Positions 1-9,977 of a DNA stretch of 64,000 nucleotides are shown here, one piece after another; position 1 is the first letter of the stretch; the number at the start of each line of letters is the position of its first letter. The notes beneath the pieces were generated by a model. The model saw only the letters and a program-made list of their open reading frames with translations. It searched no databases and was not told the origin of the DNA. Both the position numbers and the translations under genes were made by a program. Origin of the DNA: an uncultured bacterium (lineage in GTDB: Bacteria > Omnitrophota > Omnitrophia > Omnitrophales > Aquincolibacteriaceae); assembly GCA_964482725.1 (NCBI GenBank), contig CAYZYT010000005.1:24133-88132 (forward strand). The letters are read 5' to 3'.

Positions 1-574
1 TATGTTCGTTGATACTTTCGCTGAGTTCGAGCTTGCCCTTATTGATGCGAAAAAGGAACTGCGTCTTGTTCGTGTCATTAATGACAAGCTTCGGAAAAAC
101 GGGACGCCCCGATTGAAAATCATACACGCACGCATAGATCTTTTTAAAATATTTCCGGATACTGACGCCATCCAAAAGATCCTGAAGCCCGCTTGAGATG
201 ATGTAATGTTCCAAAGTGATCCCGGCCTCTGAAACTTCCGGGAGAGATCGGATGAACACGTCCAGCTGGTCGAAATAGCCCTCATTAACGCCGGGGTAAT
301 AAGGTACGTGTTTCGCGAATTCTTTCAGCTTTTTCTTGGTGAGAGGGCGCCTTTTAAAAATGGGGTCATCGATCAAAAGCTTCAAATAAGCGAGTGTTTT
401 TTCATAGCCTCTGCGGATCACCAACGACTGGGATCTTGCCCAGAATTTCTTCTTGTCGATCCCATACGCCCTAAAGATCGTTTCTTCCTGCATATTGCCG
501 GGCGAAAGCGTCCCGTCAAAATCATAGACGATCGCAATAATATTTTGCGCGGCTTTTTTGGATTTTTTCAGCAT
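1..574 (-). CDS. HAD-family hydrolase (truncated by window edge)
   Basis: Not in ORF track. Manual translation from ATG at 574: MLKKSKKAAQNIIAIVYDFDGTLSPGNMQEE..., with HAD motif I DFDGT; runs toward the left edge. Confidence 0.8.
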   Translation of the reverse strand, partial: MLKKSKKAAQNIIAIVYDFDGTLSPGNMQEETIFRAYGIDKKKFWARSQSLVIRRGYEKTLAYLKLLIDDPIFKRRPLTKKKLKEFAKHVPYYPGVNEGYFDQLDVFIRSLPEVSEAGITLEHYIISSGLQDLLDGVSIRKYFKKIYACVYDFQSGRPVFPKLVINDTNKTQFLFRINKGKLELSESINEH

Positions 575-709
575 TCAACATATCCTAATTTTATCAAATA
601 CGAAAGCCCTCACTCCCAAAACGACTGCGGGCCTGATCCGGAAGGCTCTTCATAGATCCTTCACGAATCAGACCCGCAATGTTAAAGCTAAAACTTAATT
701 CCCAAAATA

Positions 710-1072
710 TTACTTCGTCGGAGCTGCTTCCACCTTCAAACCAAGACTGCGGGCCCGCTCGACTTGAAGATACTGGGAAAGCGTCCGGATGTTCTGCGAG
801 AAGCTCTTCTTCTGCTCATCCGTCAGCTTTTCGTTCGCGCCGGGAAGCTGGATCTGACCGACCGGGAAAAGAAGCGCGGCTTCATTACTCGGCACAAGCA
901 CATCGATCCGGCCGTTCACATTATTCAGACGATAAACCACCCCTTCATAGCCAAAAAGAGAATAAGCTTCCGGAGGGCTCATGCGCTTGGAATTCTCGAT
1001 GCCTACTTTGACAACAAACGCGGACGTAACGATCGCAGCCGCAACGATCACAGCAATAATAATATTCTTCAT
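710..1072 (-). CDS. Hypothetical protein with N-terminal hydrophobic anchor/signal
   Basis: 120 aa, MKNIIIAVIVAAAIVTSAFVV, AGGAGG RBS upstream. Confidence 0.7.
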   Translation of the reverse strand: MKNIIIAVIVAAAIVTSAFVVKVGIENSKRMSPPEAYSLFGYEGVVYRLNNVNGRIDVLVPSNEAALLFPVGQIQLPGANEKLTDEQKKSFSQNIRTLSQYLQVERARSLGLKVEAAPTK

Positions 1073-1156
1073 CTACTTCCTCCTGGGTTTTCTTGATTCA
1101 GTTGCTTCTTCACTATTAACGACCTTTCTTCACATTCTTTAAACTCTAAAAACGCC

Positions 1157-1702
1157 TTATTTAAAATACCGTTCTCTGTAAAACTTGAGCTCTGCGATCG
1201 ATTCCCGGATATCGGACAACGCCCGGTGCGACTTCCCTTTCGTTTGTTCCTTATCCTTCGGATACCAGCGAGCAATAAGAGCCTTAAGAGAACTCACGTC
1301 CACATGTCGGTAATGAAGATACCCATCGATCTTTGGCATAAACTTCAGGAGGAACCTTCGATCATGATGCACAGAATTACCACAAAGGGGTGCTTTCTTG
1401 GGTTTGCAAAATTCCTGAATGATCTCCAAGGTCAACTGCTCCGCCTTTTTGACCGTCATGGTCGATACCTTCACCGCCTCGATAAGACCCGACTTGGCGT
1501 GATGAGCCTGATTCCATTCATCCATCCCCTTGAGAATGCTCGTGGGTTGATGAATCACAAGATCCGGGCCCTCCGCCAGGACATTCAAGTTTCCGTCAGT
1601 AATGATTGTGGCGATCTCAAGGATCTTTTCTTTTTCCGGATCAAGCCCCGTCATTTCCATGTCGATCCAGACCATGTTATTGCGATGGATCTTTTGGATC
1701 AT
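1157..1702 (-). CDS. orn: Oligoribonuclease
   Basis: WIDMEMTGLDP, GNSVHHDRRFL, HYRHVDVSS, HRALSDIRESI: DEDDh Orn motifs. Confidence 0.96.
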   Translation of the reverse strand: MIQKIHRNNMVWIDMEMTGLDPEKEKILEIATIITDGNLNVLAEGPDLVIHQPTSILKGMDEWNQAHHAKSGLIEAVKVSTMTVKKAEQLTLEIIQEFCKPKKAPLCGNSVHHDRRFLLKFMPKIDGYLHYRHVDVSSLKALIARWYPKDKEQTKGKSHRALSDIRESIAELKFYRERYFK

Positions 1703-1703
1703 G

Positions 1704-2261
1704 CTATCCCTTCTTTCTCATGTCCGCGAGGCGGAGATCTTGGTGAGCATAAAAAAATTCGTCGAATTGAGCTTCAAAAGCGACCTTGAGCGCCTCGCTG
1801 GCATGCATCATAAAATGAAAACCTGCGTTGAGGGCATCGACGTTACTATCGCCGGGTTTCACGATAGCCTCAAGCCCTAGCTTATGAAAAAGGTGCACCA
1901 GAACGCCCAAGACCGGCGATTGCTCCTTATCCGCATTCGAAGCATAAAGGCTCTCGCTAAAGCGCGTCGCTTCCTCAAGGGACTTCGGTGAGGCAAAAAG
2001 CTGCATCACTTCCTTAAAATAGAGATTTTTGAGATCCTTATCCTCGATCCGGTGATGCGCGCAACATCCGACCCAATAGACACATCCCAAAGCCAGCTTG
2101 GCAGGCACATACTCCCGGCAAAAAATGACAAGCGTGGAATTCTTTAGCTGGGGCTCCGCGGCGCAAAACTCACGATAAACGAGCTCATGGCTTTCCGTCT
2201 CTAAAACGAGATCGATCAGGGTCTTTGCGCATTTTTGAAGCGATTGTTTTTCAATCCCCAT
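1704..2261 (-). CDS. Hypothetical protein (~185 aa)
   Basis: Probable start MGIEKQ at 2261; the longer 315-aa call overlaps the divergent gene; abuts orn. Confidence 0.6.
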   Translation of the reverse strand: MGIEKQSLQKCAKTLIDLVLETESHELVYREFCAAEPQLKNSTLVIFCREYVPAKLALGCVYWVGCCAHHRIEDKDLKNLYFKEVMQLFASPKSLEEATRFSESLYASNADKEQSPVLGVLVHLFHKLGLEAIVKPGDSNVDALNAGFHFMMHASEALKVAFEAQFDEFFYAHQDLRLADMRKKG

Positions 2262-2391
2262 CGCTAGCAATCTCCAAGATTTAAGTGCGGGTATCCTATC
2301 AAGACCCGCGCTGACTTGCAAGACGCGAAATATTTTTCGCACTGTTAATTCGACGGGCTTTTTGCCGTTCTTATGGTATAAAGGACGTTCC

Positions 2392-3282
2392 ATGGCCCGA
2401 CGAAAACTGTTCAAATTCAAGCTGACAAAAAAACATAAACGAGGGCTTATCCTGTTCGTTACGATAGCCCTTTGCACCGCAGGTATTTTTTGGATCCTGG
2501 CTCGTCCCGTTACCGTAAAAAAAGCGACCCACATTCGCACCCGTCTGACTTCCACGGCAACCGTCTCCGCCGCTAAAAGGCCCGTCAAAAAAACGCTCCG
2601 AAGATTCACCTCGCAGCCGAAGGTCGCGTTCGTCATTGACGATGTCGGCAACCATCTTCAAGATCGAGACCGGCTTGCGGCCTTGAGCGACAAAGTCACG
2701 TACGCCATTTTGCCGCTACTCCCCTATTCCCGTTATTTCGGTAATTTGAGCCGCACGACGGGAGCCGAGATCATCCTGCACCTTCCTCTCGACACGGTAC
2801 AAGATAAAATCCCGGGCCGAGGGCTCATTGTCGACACCATGAGCCCCGAAGACATACTCAACATGCTCTCGCGAGATCTGGATTCTGTTCCCAACCATGT
2901 CGGCGTTAACAATCACATGGGCTCCCGCGGCACCGCGAGCCACGATATGATGACCGTCATTCTCAAAGACCTCAAGAGTCGAGGGCTCTTTTTTCTGGAC
3001 AGCTACACGACCAAAGAGTCCGTAGTCCCCGCCGTAGCCCGGGAGATCAACCTGCCGATCCTCACCCGTGGCGTTTTTTTAGATAATGAAGATTCCAAAC
3101 CCGCCATCCTTGCCCAGCTCAAAGAGCTGCGACAAGTCGCCCGGGAGAAAGGCAATGCCATCGCGATCGGGCACTACCGCACGAAAACCCTTGAGGTTCT
3201 GGCAACCGAGATCCCCGCTATGGAGGACGAGGGATTCCAGATCATCAATCTGGAAGAAATGTTAATGGTCCAACAAGACTAG
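2392..3282 (+). CDS. Divergent polysaccharide deacetylase family protein (YibQ-like)
   Basis: N-terminal TM, VIDDVG, LHLPL, GVNNHMGS, FFLDS, FLDN, AIGH motifs. Confidence 0.92.
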   Translation: MARRKLFKFKLTKKHKRGLILFVTIALCTAGIFWILARPVTVKKATHIRTRLTSTATVSAAKRPVKKTLRRFTSQPKVAFVIDDVGNHLQDRDRLAALSDKVTYAILPLLPYSRYFGNLSRTTGAEIILHLPLDTVQDKIPGRGLIVDTMSPEDILNMLSRDLDSVPNHVGVNNHMGSRGTASHDMMTVILKDLKSRGLFFLDSYTTKESVVPAVAREINLPILTRGVFLDNEDSKPAILAQLKELRQVAREKGNAIAIGHYRTKTLEVLATEIPAMEDEGFQIINLEEMLMVQQD

Positions 3283-3315
3283 TTTCGTAGCCCCTCGGAT
3301 CAAAAAGTCTCCGAT

Positions 3316-4731
3316 TTAAACAACCCTCGCGCGAAAAGTCTCATGATGCAGCCCGGTAAATTCCATCCGGACAAATTGCCCCGAATAGTCCTGATCCGCT
3401 TCGAAAATCACACGCCGGTCTTGATCCATGCGTCCGATCTGCTCCTTGGGATTCTCCATGTTGCGTTTTTCCACAAAAACCACGAATGTTTTCCCGATGA
3501 ACGATCGGCCCTTCTCTTCCGTGATTTTCCTCTGAGTCATGATCAGCTCCTGATTTCGAGAAGCCTTCAGGTCGGACGGAACATCATCTGGAAGCTGGGC
3601 TGCGGGCGTTCCTGGCCGCACGGAATATTTGTAGATAAAAGCGCTATCGAACCGTATCTCCTCGAGCGCGCGTCGCGTCGCCCCTTGGTCTTCCTCTGTT
3701 TCCCCTGAGAATCCCACAATAATGTCGGTCGTGATCGAGATCTCCGGCACGAGCTCCCGCAACCGATCGATCTTCGCTTTATAGTCCGCGTAGGTGTGCA
3801 GTCGCTTCATGCGTTTCAGCAAACGGTCCGAACCGGACTGGAGCGGCAGATGGAACCGGCGGCCGATCTTCGGATTCCGCGCGATCACTTGAAAAAGCTC
3901 TTCCGTCGCATCCTGGGGATGCGACGTCGTGAATGAAATTCTCTCCAAGCCGTCTATCTTGCAGAGGATTTCCAACAATTCAGGGAAGAACGTATCCTGA
4001 ACCGCGGGGAACGGGCAAGGATCAACGGTTCGGCCACTCGTTGTCCGTTGTCCGTTGTCCGTCGATCCGCCGTTGTAGCTGTTGACATTTTGTCCCAGCA
4101 GCGTGATCCATTTCACTCCTGCAGCGACAAGACGCCGCGCCTCGCGCTCCACTTCTGCGGCCGGCATCGAAACTTCACTTCCCCGCGTCATCGGAACAAT
4201 GCAGAACGTGCATTCTTTATTACAGCCGGTCATGATCGGAAGCCACGCATGGAACCCGCTGTCGCGTTTGGTGGTTTCGCTATATTCGATCGAGATCCCG
4301 TCCTGTTTGATCCGGGCGATCTGCTTCCGAACTTCATAAACTTGACGGATCATCTCCGGAAGTTCCTTGATGTGACGCGTCCCAACCATCAGATCCAGGT
4401 ACGGAAATCGCTTAAAGAGCTTTTCCCGGTGTTCCTCAACCATACACCCCATGAGACCAATGACAAGTTGCGAACGCTCCCTCTTTTCAGCGCCAAGGAG
4501 CCCCAGGCGGCCCCAGACACGTTCCTCGGCATGGTCACGGACCGAACACGTGTTCATCAAGACGATATCCGCACCTTGCGAAATAGAAGGCCTTCCCGAG
4601 ATCAGCACACCATCCCCGGGCCCCTCGCCTTCCACGACGATTTCAAACCCAGCCTTTTCCAGAATCCCCGCCGCCACCTGGGAATCGTAAGAATTCATTT
4701 GGCAGCCAAAAGTTTTCAATAATATTTTCAT
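3316..4731 (-). CDS. miaB: tRNA i6A37 methylthiotransferase MiaB
   Basis: TFGCQMN, NTCSVR, GCNKECTFC radical-SAM motif, LGQNVNSY, HLPLQSGS, C-terminal TRAM. Confidence 0.96.
   Translation of the reverse strand: MKILLKTFGCQMNSYDSQVAAGILEKAGFEIVVEGEGPGDGVLISGRPSISQGADIVLMNTCSVRDHAEERVWGRLGLLGAEKRERSQLVIGLMGCMVEEHREKLFKRFPYLDLMVGTRHIKELPEMIRQVYEVRKQIARIKQDGISIEYSETTKRDSGFHAWLPIMTGCNKECTFCIVPMTRGSEVSMPAAEVEREARRLVAAGVKWITLLGQNVNSYNGGSTDNGQRTTSGRTVDPCPFPAVQDTFFPELLEILCKIDGLERISFTTSHPQDATEELFQVIARNPKIGRRFHLPLQSGSDRLLKRMKRLHTYADYKAKIDRLRELVPEISITTDIIVGFSGETEEDQGATRRALEEIRFDSAFIYKYSVRPGTPAAQLPDDVPSDLKASRNQELIMTQRKITEEKGRSFIGKTFVVFVEKRNMENPKEQIGRMDQDRRVIFEADQDYSGQFVRMEFTGLHHETFRARVV
4006..4068. repeat. 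In-frame inverted 7-nt tandem-repeat element inside miaB
   Basis: (cgttgtc)x3 arm at 4039-4068 facing degenerate ggggaac/gggcaag/gatcaac arm; encodes STDNGQRTTSGRTVDPCPFP. Confidence 0.65.
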
Positions 4732-4734
4732 TTT

Positions 4735-5628
4735 TTAATCCAGATAGGCCCCTGACCCTACAATAAATACATCACCACCGCATTTGACCTTTTTAACATA
4801 CGTATGTTTCTTGGAAGGGATCGTGGCCCCCGGTTTGGGCCAGAAATAATCGACCCACCCGGATCCCTGGGTCAAGGCCACCTGGATATAATCGCGAACG
4901 AGGGAATCTCCCTGGCTGTCTTTATAATCCAACAAATTCCTTCCTTCGATATTCGGAAACGCACCGTTCACGAGCTCTACGCCTTCGGGGCTATCCACAA
5001 AGACATAAGTGTCCATGAACATAAACGGCCCGGTTTTGTCCCTCAATTTCGGGAAAGCCGCCCGACCCTCCTTCTCGATCAATGCCGCCGCGGAGTCTAC
5101 CACCGCAACAATAAACCCCTTTTCCATCTTCATATTGTACAAACCGCTTCCAACAACATATTTCTTGCCTGACGGCGCAATCGCGAGCTTCACAAAAGAG
5201 CTCTTCCAGAGAGGAAAGAGGCTTCCCGGCTCGGGCCATTGATAATGGAACCACCCTTCCTTCGGATCTCCGTTTACAACATCAAAGAACCCTTGGATGA
5301 TGGGCTTACTATTAACATCCCTGAGTCCCGACTGATTTTTCCCCTCGAGAACAGGATCGGGATGCAAAACCGTATTCCCATCCATGTCGATAATAAAAAC
5401 ATAGAGATCCCCATGCCGCCATGGACTGCCTTCCTTTTTAAAATTGGGGAAAGCAGCTTCACCCTCCTTTTCAACAACCGCGGCCGCATCCTTCACGAGA
5501 GATACCAACGCCTGACCCGGGGCAACAACCGAACCCGCCAGTTCTTTAGAAACATTTGCCGCCTCGAGAGAAAAAACATTCGTTGCGGAAAAAGCCAGCA
5601 ACCCCGTAGCTAATAACAACGCGCGCAT
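4735..5628 (-). CDS. Secreted protein with two Cache_2-type domains
   Basis: AGGAGG 6 nt before ATG 5628; signal peptide; two repeats of YVF...P..EG.N...GW..Y.WP.PG...K..VGSG.Y. Confidence 0.85.
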   Translation of the reverse strand: MRALLLATGLLAFSATNVFSLEAANVSKELAGSVVAPGQALVSLVKDAAAVVEKEGEAAFPNFKKEGSPWRHGDLYVFIIDMDGNTVLHPDPVLEGKNQSGLRDVNSKPIIQGFFDVVNGDPKEGWFHYQWPEPGSLFPLWKSSFVKLAIAPSGKKYVVGSGLYNMKMEKGFIVAVVDSAAALIEKEGRAAFPKLRDKTGPFMFMDTYVFVDSPEGVELVNGAFPNIEGRNLLDYKDSQGDSLVRDYIQVALTQGSGWVDYFWPKPGATIPSKKHTYVKKVKCGGDVFIVGSGAYLD

Positions 5629-5803
5629 AGACATCCTCCTTTTTGGACGACAGACGATTCCAAAGGCCGTGCGACAAGAAGCTCCTCTTACAGCAACACC
5701 AAAAATCCGACCTTTCCTGAAATTCACACCTGCACCTGACTGTCGCAGGTTTTCTATTAAATTCAAAGGTTTAAACAAAACTTTTTGCGGCAAAACAAAC
5801 GCT

Positions 5804-6580
5804 TTATTCTCGAACTAGAAAATCAGGAAACAGAGCTTTAAGATTTTGGCGAAGATCAGAGGAAATGCCTGCCATGGGGATGGCCTTCTCACGAAGTTCT
5901 TTATCAAAACAATGGTCGGGGTGGAACATTTGAAGAGCATAGCGTTTGCACCCCTTCTCTGCAAGTCCTCGGGCCATAGCCAGGACATCATCCTCCGAGA
6001 GAACCGCAGGATGGAACGTGGTGCGGAATTCGTAAGCCACGCCGCTTGCAAGGACCAACTCCACGCTTTGCCGAGCCTTATCACCACTCTCCGGAATCAG
6101 AGTCACCTTTTCGTAGAGATGAAACGGAGCTTTGATATCGAGGCCGACCCAGTTGCAAAACGGGAGAACTTGCTCGAGGCGCTCGGGAACCATACCTCCG
6201 GTGTGAAGACCGACCTCGAAACCCCTATCTTTGACCGCTTTTACCCAAGCTGGAAGATGATCATGAATCGTGGGTTCCCCACCCGAGAACACGATCCCGT
6301 CGAGGTGCCCCTTACGGGAATCCAGGAAATGCAGTATTTTTTCAAGCGGAATGGACTGTCCGGCAGGTAGGGGCCAAAACTCAGCGTTATAACAATAGCG
6401 ACATCGCCACGAACACCCCTGAAGATAAAAAACCCCGGCCAAGCGGCCGGGGAAATCTATCGTCGTAAAGGGCGTAATGCCCGCGACGCAAATGTCGCTT
6501 AGATCACTTGCAGCCACACCCGGCTTCTTTGGGTTCGGCGAAATATTTCCGCTCATAAAATTCGCCTTTTTTTCCAACAT
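5804..6580 (-). CDS. nrdG: Anaerobic ribonucleoside-triphosphate reductase activating protein
   Basis: TTIDFPG, GCSWRCRYC, SGGEPT, YEFRTT; real start possibly GTG at 6517. Confidence 0.92.
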   Translation of the reverse strand: MLEKKANFMSGNISPNPKKPGVAASDLSDICVAGITPFTTIDFPGRLAGVFYLQGCSWRCRYCYNAEFWPLPAGQSIPLEKILHFLDSRKGHLDGIVFSGGEPTIHDHLPAWVKAVKDRGFEVGLHTGGMVPERLEQVLPFCNWVGLDIKAPFHLYEKVTLIPESGDKARQSVELVLASGVAYEFRTTFHPAVLSEDDVLAMARGLAEKGCKRYALQMFHPDHCFDKELREKAIPMAGISSDLRQNLKALFPDFLVRE

Positions 6581-6677
6581 TGAACCCGGCGACCGGGCGA
6601 TGGTACCCCATCACGCGCGTCCAAACTTCGCAGCGCGTCCGCTCTTCATCTTTTAAAACAATAGAGTCTTTTGTCAT
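6504..6677 (-). CDS. Small NrdD C-terminal glycyl-radical subunit (57 aa)
   Basis: Not in ORF track: MTKDSIVLKDEERTRCEVWTRVMGYHRPVAGFNVGKKGEFYERKYF..., contains RVMGY radical motif; GGGGG RBS. Confidence 0.88.
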   Translation of the reverse strand: MTKDSIVLKDEERTRCEVWTRVMGYHRPVAGFNVGKKGEFYERKYFAEPKEAGCGCK

Positions 6678-6814
6678 TTGTTCCCCCGTTAGAGATAGGA
6701 GGCGCTTCTTTCAAAGCACTTCCGTTCATTTCAAAATCTTGACCCCAAAAACCTAAAATTTTCGTTCGTTTATGATTCAAAAACTAACCCCGCGCATCTC
6801 TAACGGGGCAAGAT

Positions 6815-8878
6815 TTAAAGCTTCGCTTCGATCGTCGCCGTTGATTCGACTTCCTGAGCGTCGTGGTGGTGAACCGTTTTTTGATTGATAAGCTCTTGAT
6901 CGCATTTGGTACAAAATTCATGTTCGCCTGCAAGATAACCATGCGTCGGACAGATCGAGAAGGTCGGCGTGATGGTAATATAAGGGATCCGATAACCTTC
7001 CAGCGCCCGCTTGACGAGATTCTTGCAGGATTCCGCGCTCGACATGCGCTCGCCCATATAAAGATGCAGCACGGTCCCTCCGGTGTAGCGACGCTGTAAC
7101 TCCTCCTGGCGGCCCAGAGCCTCGAACGGATCATCCGTGAATCCCGCGGGAAGCTGGGAAGAATTCGTGTAATACGGACGCTCCACCGTGCCGGCATGAA
7201 GAATGTCTGGAAAACGCTTGATATCTTCTTTTGCAAACCGATAAGTCGCACCTTCCGCAGGTGTGGCCTCGAGATTATAAAGATGTCCGGTCTCCTCCTG
7301 GAACGCAACGATGCGCGCGCGGATATGATCCAGCATCTTAAGAGCAAACTCAAAACCCGCCTGGGTCGTGATGTTCTCGCTTCCACCCGTAAAGTTACGA
7401 ATGCATTCATTGATCCCATTAACACCGATCGTTGAGAAGTGATTGCGCAGGGTCCCGAGGTAACGCTTGGTATACGGGAAAAGCCCGGCATCCATGTGGC
7501 GTTGAATGATCTTACGCTTGAGCTCCAAGCTCGTCTTCGCGATCTGAAGGAGCGTGTCGATCCGGTTGAAGAACGCGCCCTCATCCCCTTTGGAGAGATA
7601 ACCGATCCGGGCACAGTTCAGGGTCACGACTCCGAGAGAACCGGTCTGCTCGGCAGACCCGAAAAGCCCATTCCCGCGCTTTAGAAGTTCACGCAGATCG
7701 AGTTGAAGGCGGCAGCACATGGAGCGGACATGGTTTGGCTTGAGGTCCGAATTAAGGAAGTTTTGGAAATACGGCAACCCATACTTGGCGGTCATTTCAA
7801 AAAGAGGGACGCAATTCGGATGGTTCCAGTCAAAATCCGGCGTAATGTTGTAAGTCGGGATCGGGAACGTAAAAACACGTCCCTTGGCATCACCACGCAT
7901 CATGACTTCGATATAGGCCTTGTTGATCATCGCCATTTCTTCTGAAAGGTCCCCATAGACGAAATCCACCTCTTTGCCGCCAATGATCGGATGCTCGTTA
8001 CGGAGGTCGTCAGGACAAACCCAGTCGAACGTTACGTTCGTGAAAGGCGTTTGCGTTCCCCATCGGGAGGGAACGTTCAAGTTATAAATGAACTCCTGAA
8101 TGCTCTGTTTGACGTCTTCGTAAGGAAGCTTGTCGATCCGGATAAAAGGTGCGAGGTAGGTATCGAACGAAGAGAACGCCTGAGCCCCCGCCCATTCGTT
8201 CTGAAGCGTGCCAAGGAAATTCACCATCTGCCCGACTGCGGAGCTCAGATGCTTCGGGGGCGCGGATTCCACCTTGTCCGGAACGCCGTTAAACCCTTCG
8301 CGGATCAAGGTCTTGAGGGACCAACCGGCACAATAGCCAGAAAGCATATCCAGGTCATGAATGTGCACATCACCATGACGATGCGCGTTCGCAACTTCCT
8401 CAGGGTACACATGAGAGAGCCAGTAATTTGCAAGCACCTTGCCGGAGATATTGAGGATCATACCGCCCAAAGAATACCCTTGATTGGCGTTCGCGTTCAC
8501 GCGCCAGTCCAGTTTATAAAGGTATTCATTGACCGAAGAGGTTACATCGACCACGGTCTTTTGATCCCGGCGCAATTTCTTGTGCTGTTCACGGTAGACG
8601 ATGTAAGCGCGGGCGGTCTTGAGATGGTTGGACGAGATCAGGACCTGCTCCACAATATCCTGGATCTTTTCGATATCGAGAAAGCCGGGAGAGTACCGGT
8701 TATCAATAACTTTTATAACTTCTAAGGTTAAGATCTGAGCTTCCGCACCGTCATATTCCCCCGTCGCCTGCCCCGCTTTGACGATCGCGTTGTAGATCTT
8801 GGTTCCGTCAAAAGGAACGATGGAACCGTCGCGCTTGCGGATGCTGGTGATCTTCTTGGAAAGGAACTGATGTGCCAT
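6815..8878 (-). CDS. nrdD: Class III (anaerobic) ribonucleoside-triphosphate reductase, large part with ATP cone
   Basis: KRDG ATP cone, HIHDL, YCAGWS, RSMCCRL, EATPAEG, YTGGTV, CPTHG..CTKC; lacks terminal RxxGY. Confidence 0.95.
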   Translation of the reverse strand: MAHQFLSKKITSIRKRDGSIVPFDGTKIYNAIVKAGQATGEYDGAEAQILTLEVIKVIDNRYSPGFLDIEKIQDIVEQVLISSNHLKTARAYIVYREQHKKLRRDQKTVVDVTSSVNEYLYKLDWRVNANANQGYSLGGMILNISGKVLANYWLSHVYPEEVANAHRHGDVHIHDLDMLSGYCAGWSLKTLIREGFNGVPDKVESAPPKHLSSAVGQMVNFLGTLQNEWAGAQAFSSFDTYLAPFIRIDKLPYEDVKQSIQEFIYNLNVPSRWGTQTPFTNVTFDWVCPDDLRNEHPIIGGKEVDFVYGDLSEEMAMINKAYIEVMMRGDAKGRVFTFPIPTYNITPDFDWNHPNCVPLFEMTAKYGLPYFQNFLNSDLKPNHVRSMCCRLQLDLRELLKRGNGLFGSAEQTGSLGVVTLNCARIGYLSKGDEGAFFNRIDTLLQIAKTSLELKRKIIQRHMDAGLFPYTKRYLGTLRNHFSTIGVNGINECIRNFTGGSENITTQAGFEFALKMLDHIRARIVAFQEETGHLYNLEATPAEGATYRFAKEDIKRFPDILHAGTVERPYYTNSSQLPAGFTDDPFEALGRQEELQRRYTGGTVLHLYMGERMSSAESCKNLVKRALEGYRIPYITITPTFSICPTHGYLAGEHEFCTKCDQELINQKTVHHHDAQEVESTATIEAKL

Positions 8879-8918
8879 GGTATCTCCTCTTTTCTCGCCT
8901 TATCTTTATCGGCGATCA

Positions 8919-8964
8919 GACAACATATTGTAGTTTTTTTTTAGGCAGCCACCACATCTAGTGC
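8919..8964 (-). promoter_or_regulatory. Tandem NrdR boxes upstream of nrdD
   Basis: gacaacatattgtagt (8919-8934) and ccaccacatctagtgc (8949-8964) resemble the NrdR palindrome, 30 bp apart. Confidence 0.75.
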
Positions 8965-9238
8965 GGCAGACGAACAAACGCTTCAAAAGGCTCGATGTTA
9001 GATTTTTTTAGATTAGGTCAGAATTTTTGTTTTTTTGAATCTCTTTTGAAGAAGCAATTCTCAAGACAGCGAGAATAATATTCGCATCAGAAAAAAGTTT
9101 CAAGAAGAATTATGATTTTTTTTTGCGAGGATTTTGCGATGAAAATATTTTTCAAAAAAAAGCTTGTAAAATAAAAACTTGCGTGAAAACCACCGTCTAA
9201 AAATCGGCGAGGATCCCGCCCAAGGCGGAAAAAACCAC

Positions 9239-9952
9239 TCAGCAGAGTCCGGCCGCCTTGTCCCGGATCATCTCGATCAGGAGCTTCGCGATCTCCTCGA
9301 TCGGAACGCGGTCGGTGTTCCAGACGGCGTCATAAAGGAGCGGATCACGGATATCTTTATGGAAAAATGTTTTTACAAGCTCGGCCTTCGCCTTGTCTTT
9401 TTCCTCCACAGCCTCCCGCGCTTTTCTCGCATCGACCTGCAGCGCCCCCATCATGCGTTTCACGCGTGATTCCATGGTCGCCTCCAAGCGAACCTGAATC
9501 CCCAACGGCAGGTCGCGCGTCAAAAACGAGGAACCCCGCCCCACGAAGATCACTTTCCCGTGAAGCGCAAAGGCCCGGACAAGATGGAACATCTTTTTGA
9601 TCACGAGGTCCTGAGAGGAGCCGCCATAGATAAACTGGGAGATGATGTCTTCAGCGTGGGAATGATACTCTGTGCGTTGCAGCGAGTCGACCAGAGTCTT
9701 GAGCTTCGGATCTTGGGCGACCAGATGGCAAAGCTCCTGATTGCAAAGCTGCCACCCACGGAACAAGGGCTCAGCGTGAAGTTTTTGGATCTTTTCATCC
9801 AGGAGTGTGGCGAGAGCCTGCCCTCCGGCACCGGCCTGGCGCGAAATAGCAATAAAAGGAAAACAGCCCTTCTTAGGATCGAACTGAGGCCCCGCCTGAT
9901 CACGATAATGAAGACTGTCAATGAATGACGCCAGCTTATGGATCTCGCTCAT
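9239..9952 (-). CDS. Cytidylate kinase-like family protein
   Basis: IAISRQAGAGG, VIFVGRG, VRLEA, DPLLYDAVWNT pattern. Confidence 0.85.
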   Translation of the reverse strand: MSEIHKLASFIDSLHYRDQAGPQFDPKKGCFPFIAISRQAGAGGQALATLLDEKIQKLHAEPLFRGWQLCNQELCHLVAQDPKLKTLVDSLQRTEYHSHAEDIISQFIYGGSSQDLVIKKMFHLVRAFALHGKVIFVGRGSSFLTRDLPLGIQVRLEATMESRVKRMMGALQVDARKAREAVEEKDKAKAELVKTFFHKDIRDPLLYDAVWNTDRVPIEEIAKLLIEMIRDKAAGLC

Positions 9953-9977
9953 GGAGCCTCCCCGGATTTAGACTCTG

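Noticed and set aside
620-683. SRP (4.5S) RNA, suggested by tccggaagg
   Set aside because: Lacks the conserved CAGG...GGAA...GCAGC helix-8 context
2262-2651. N-terminal extension of the 315-aa ORF
   Set aside because: Overlaps the divergent deacetylase gene; start at 2261 is more plausible
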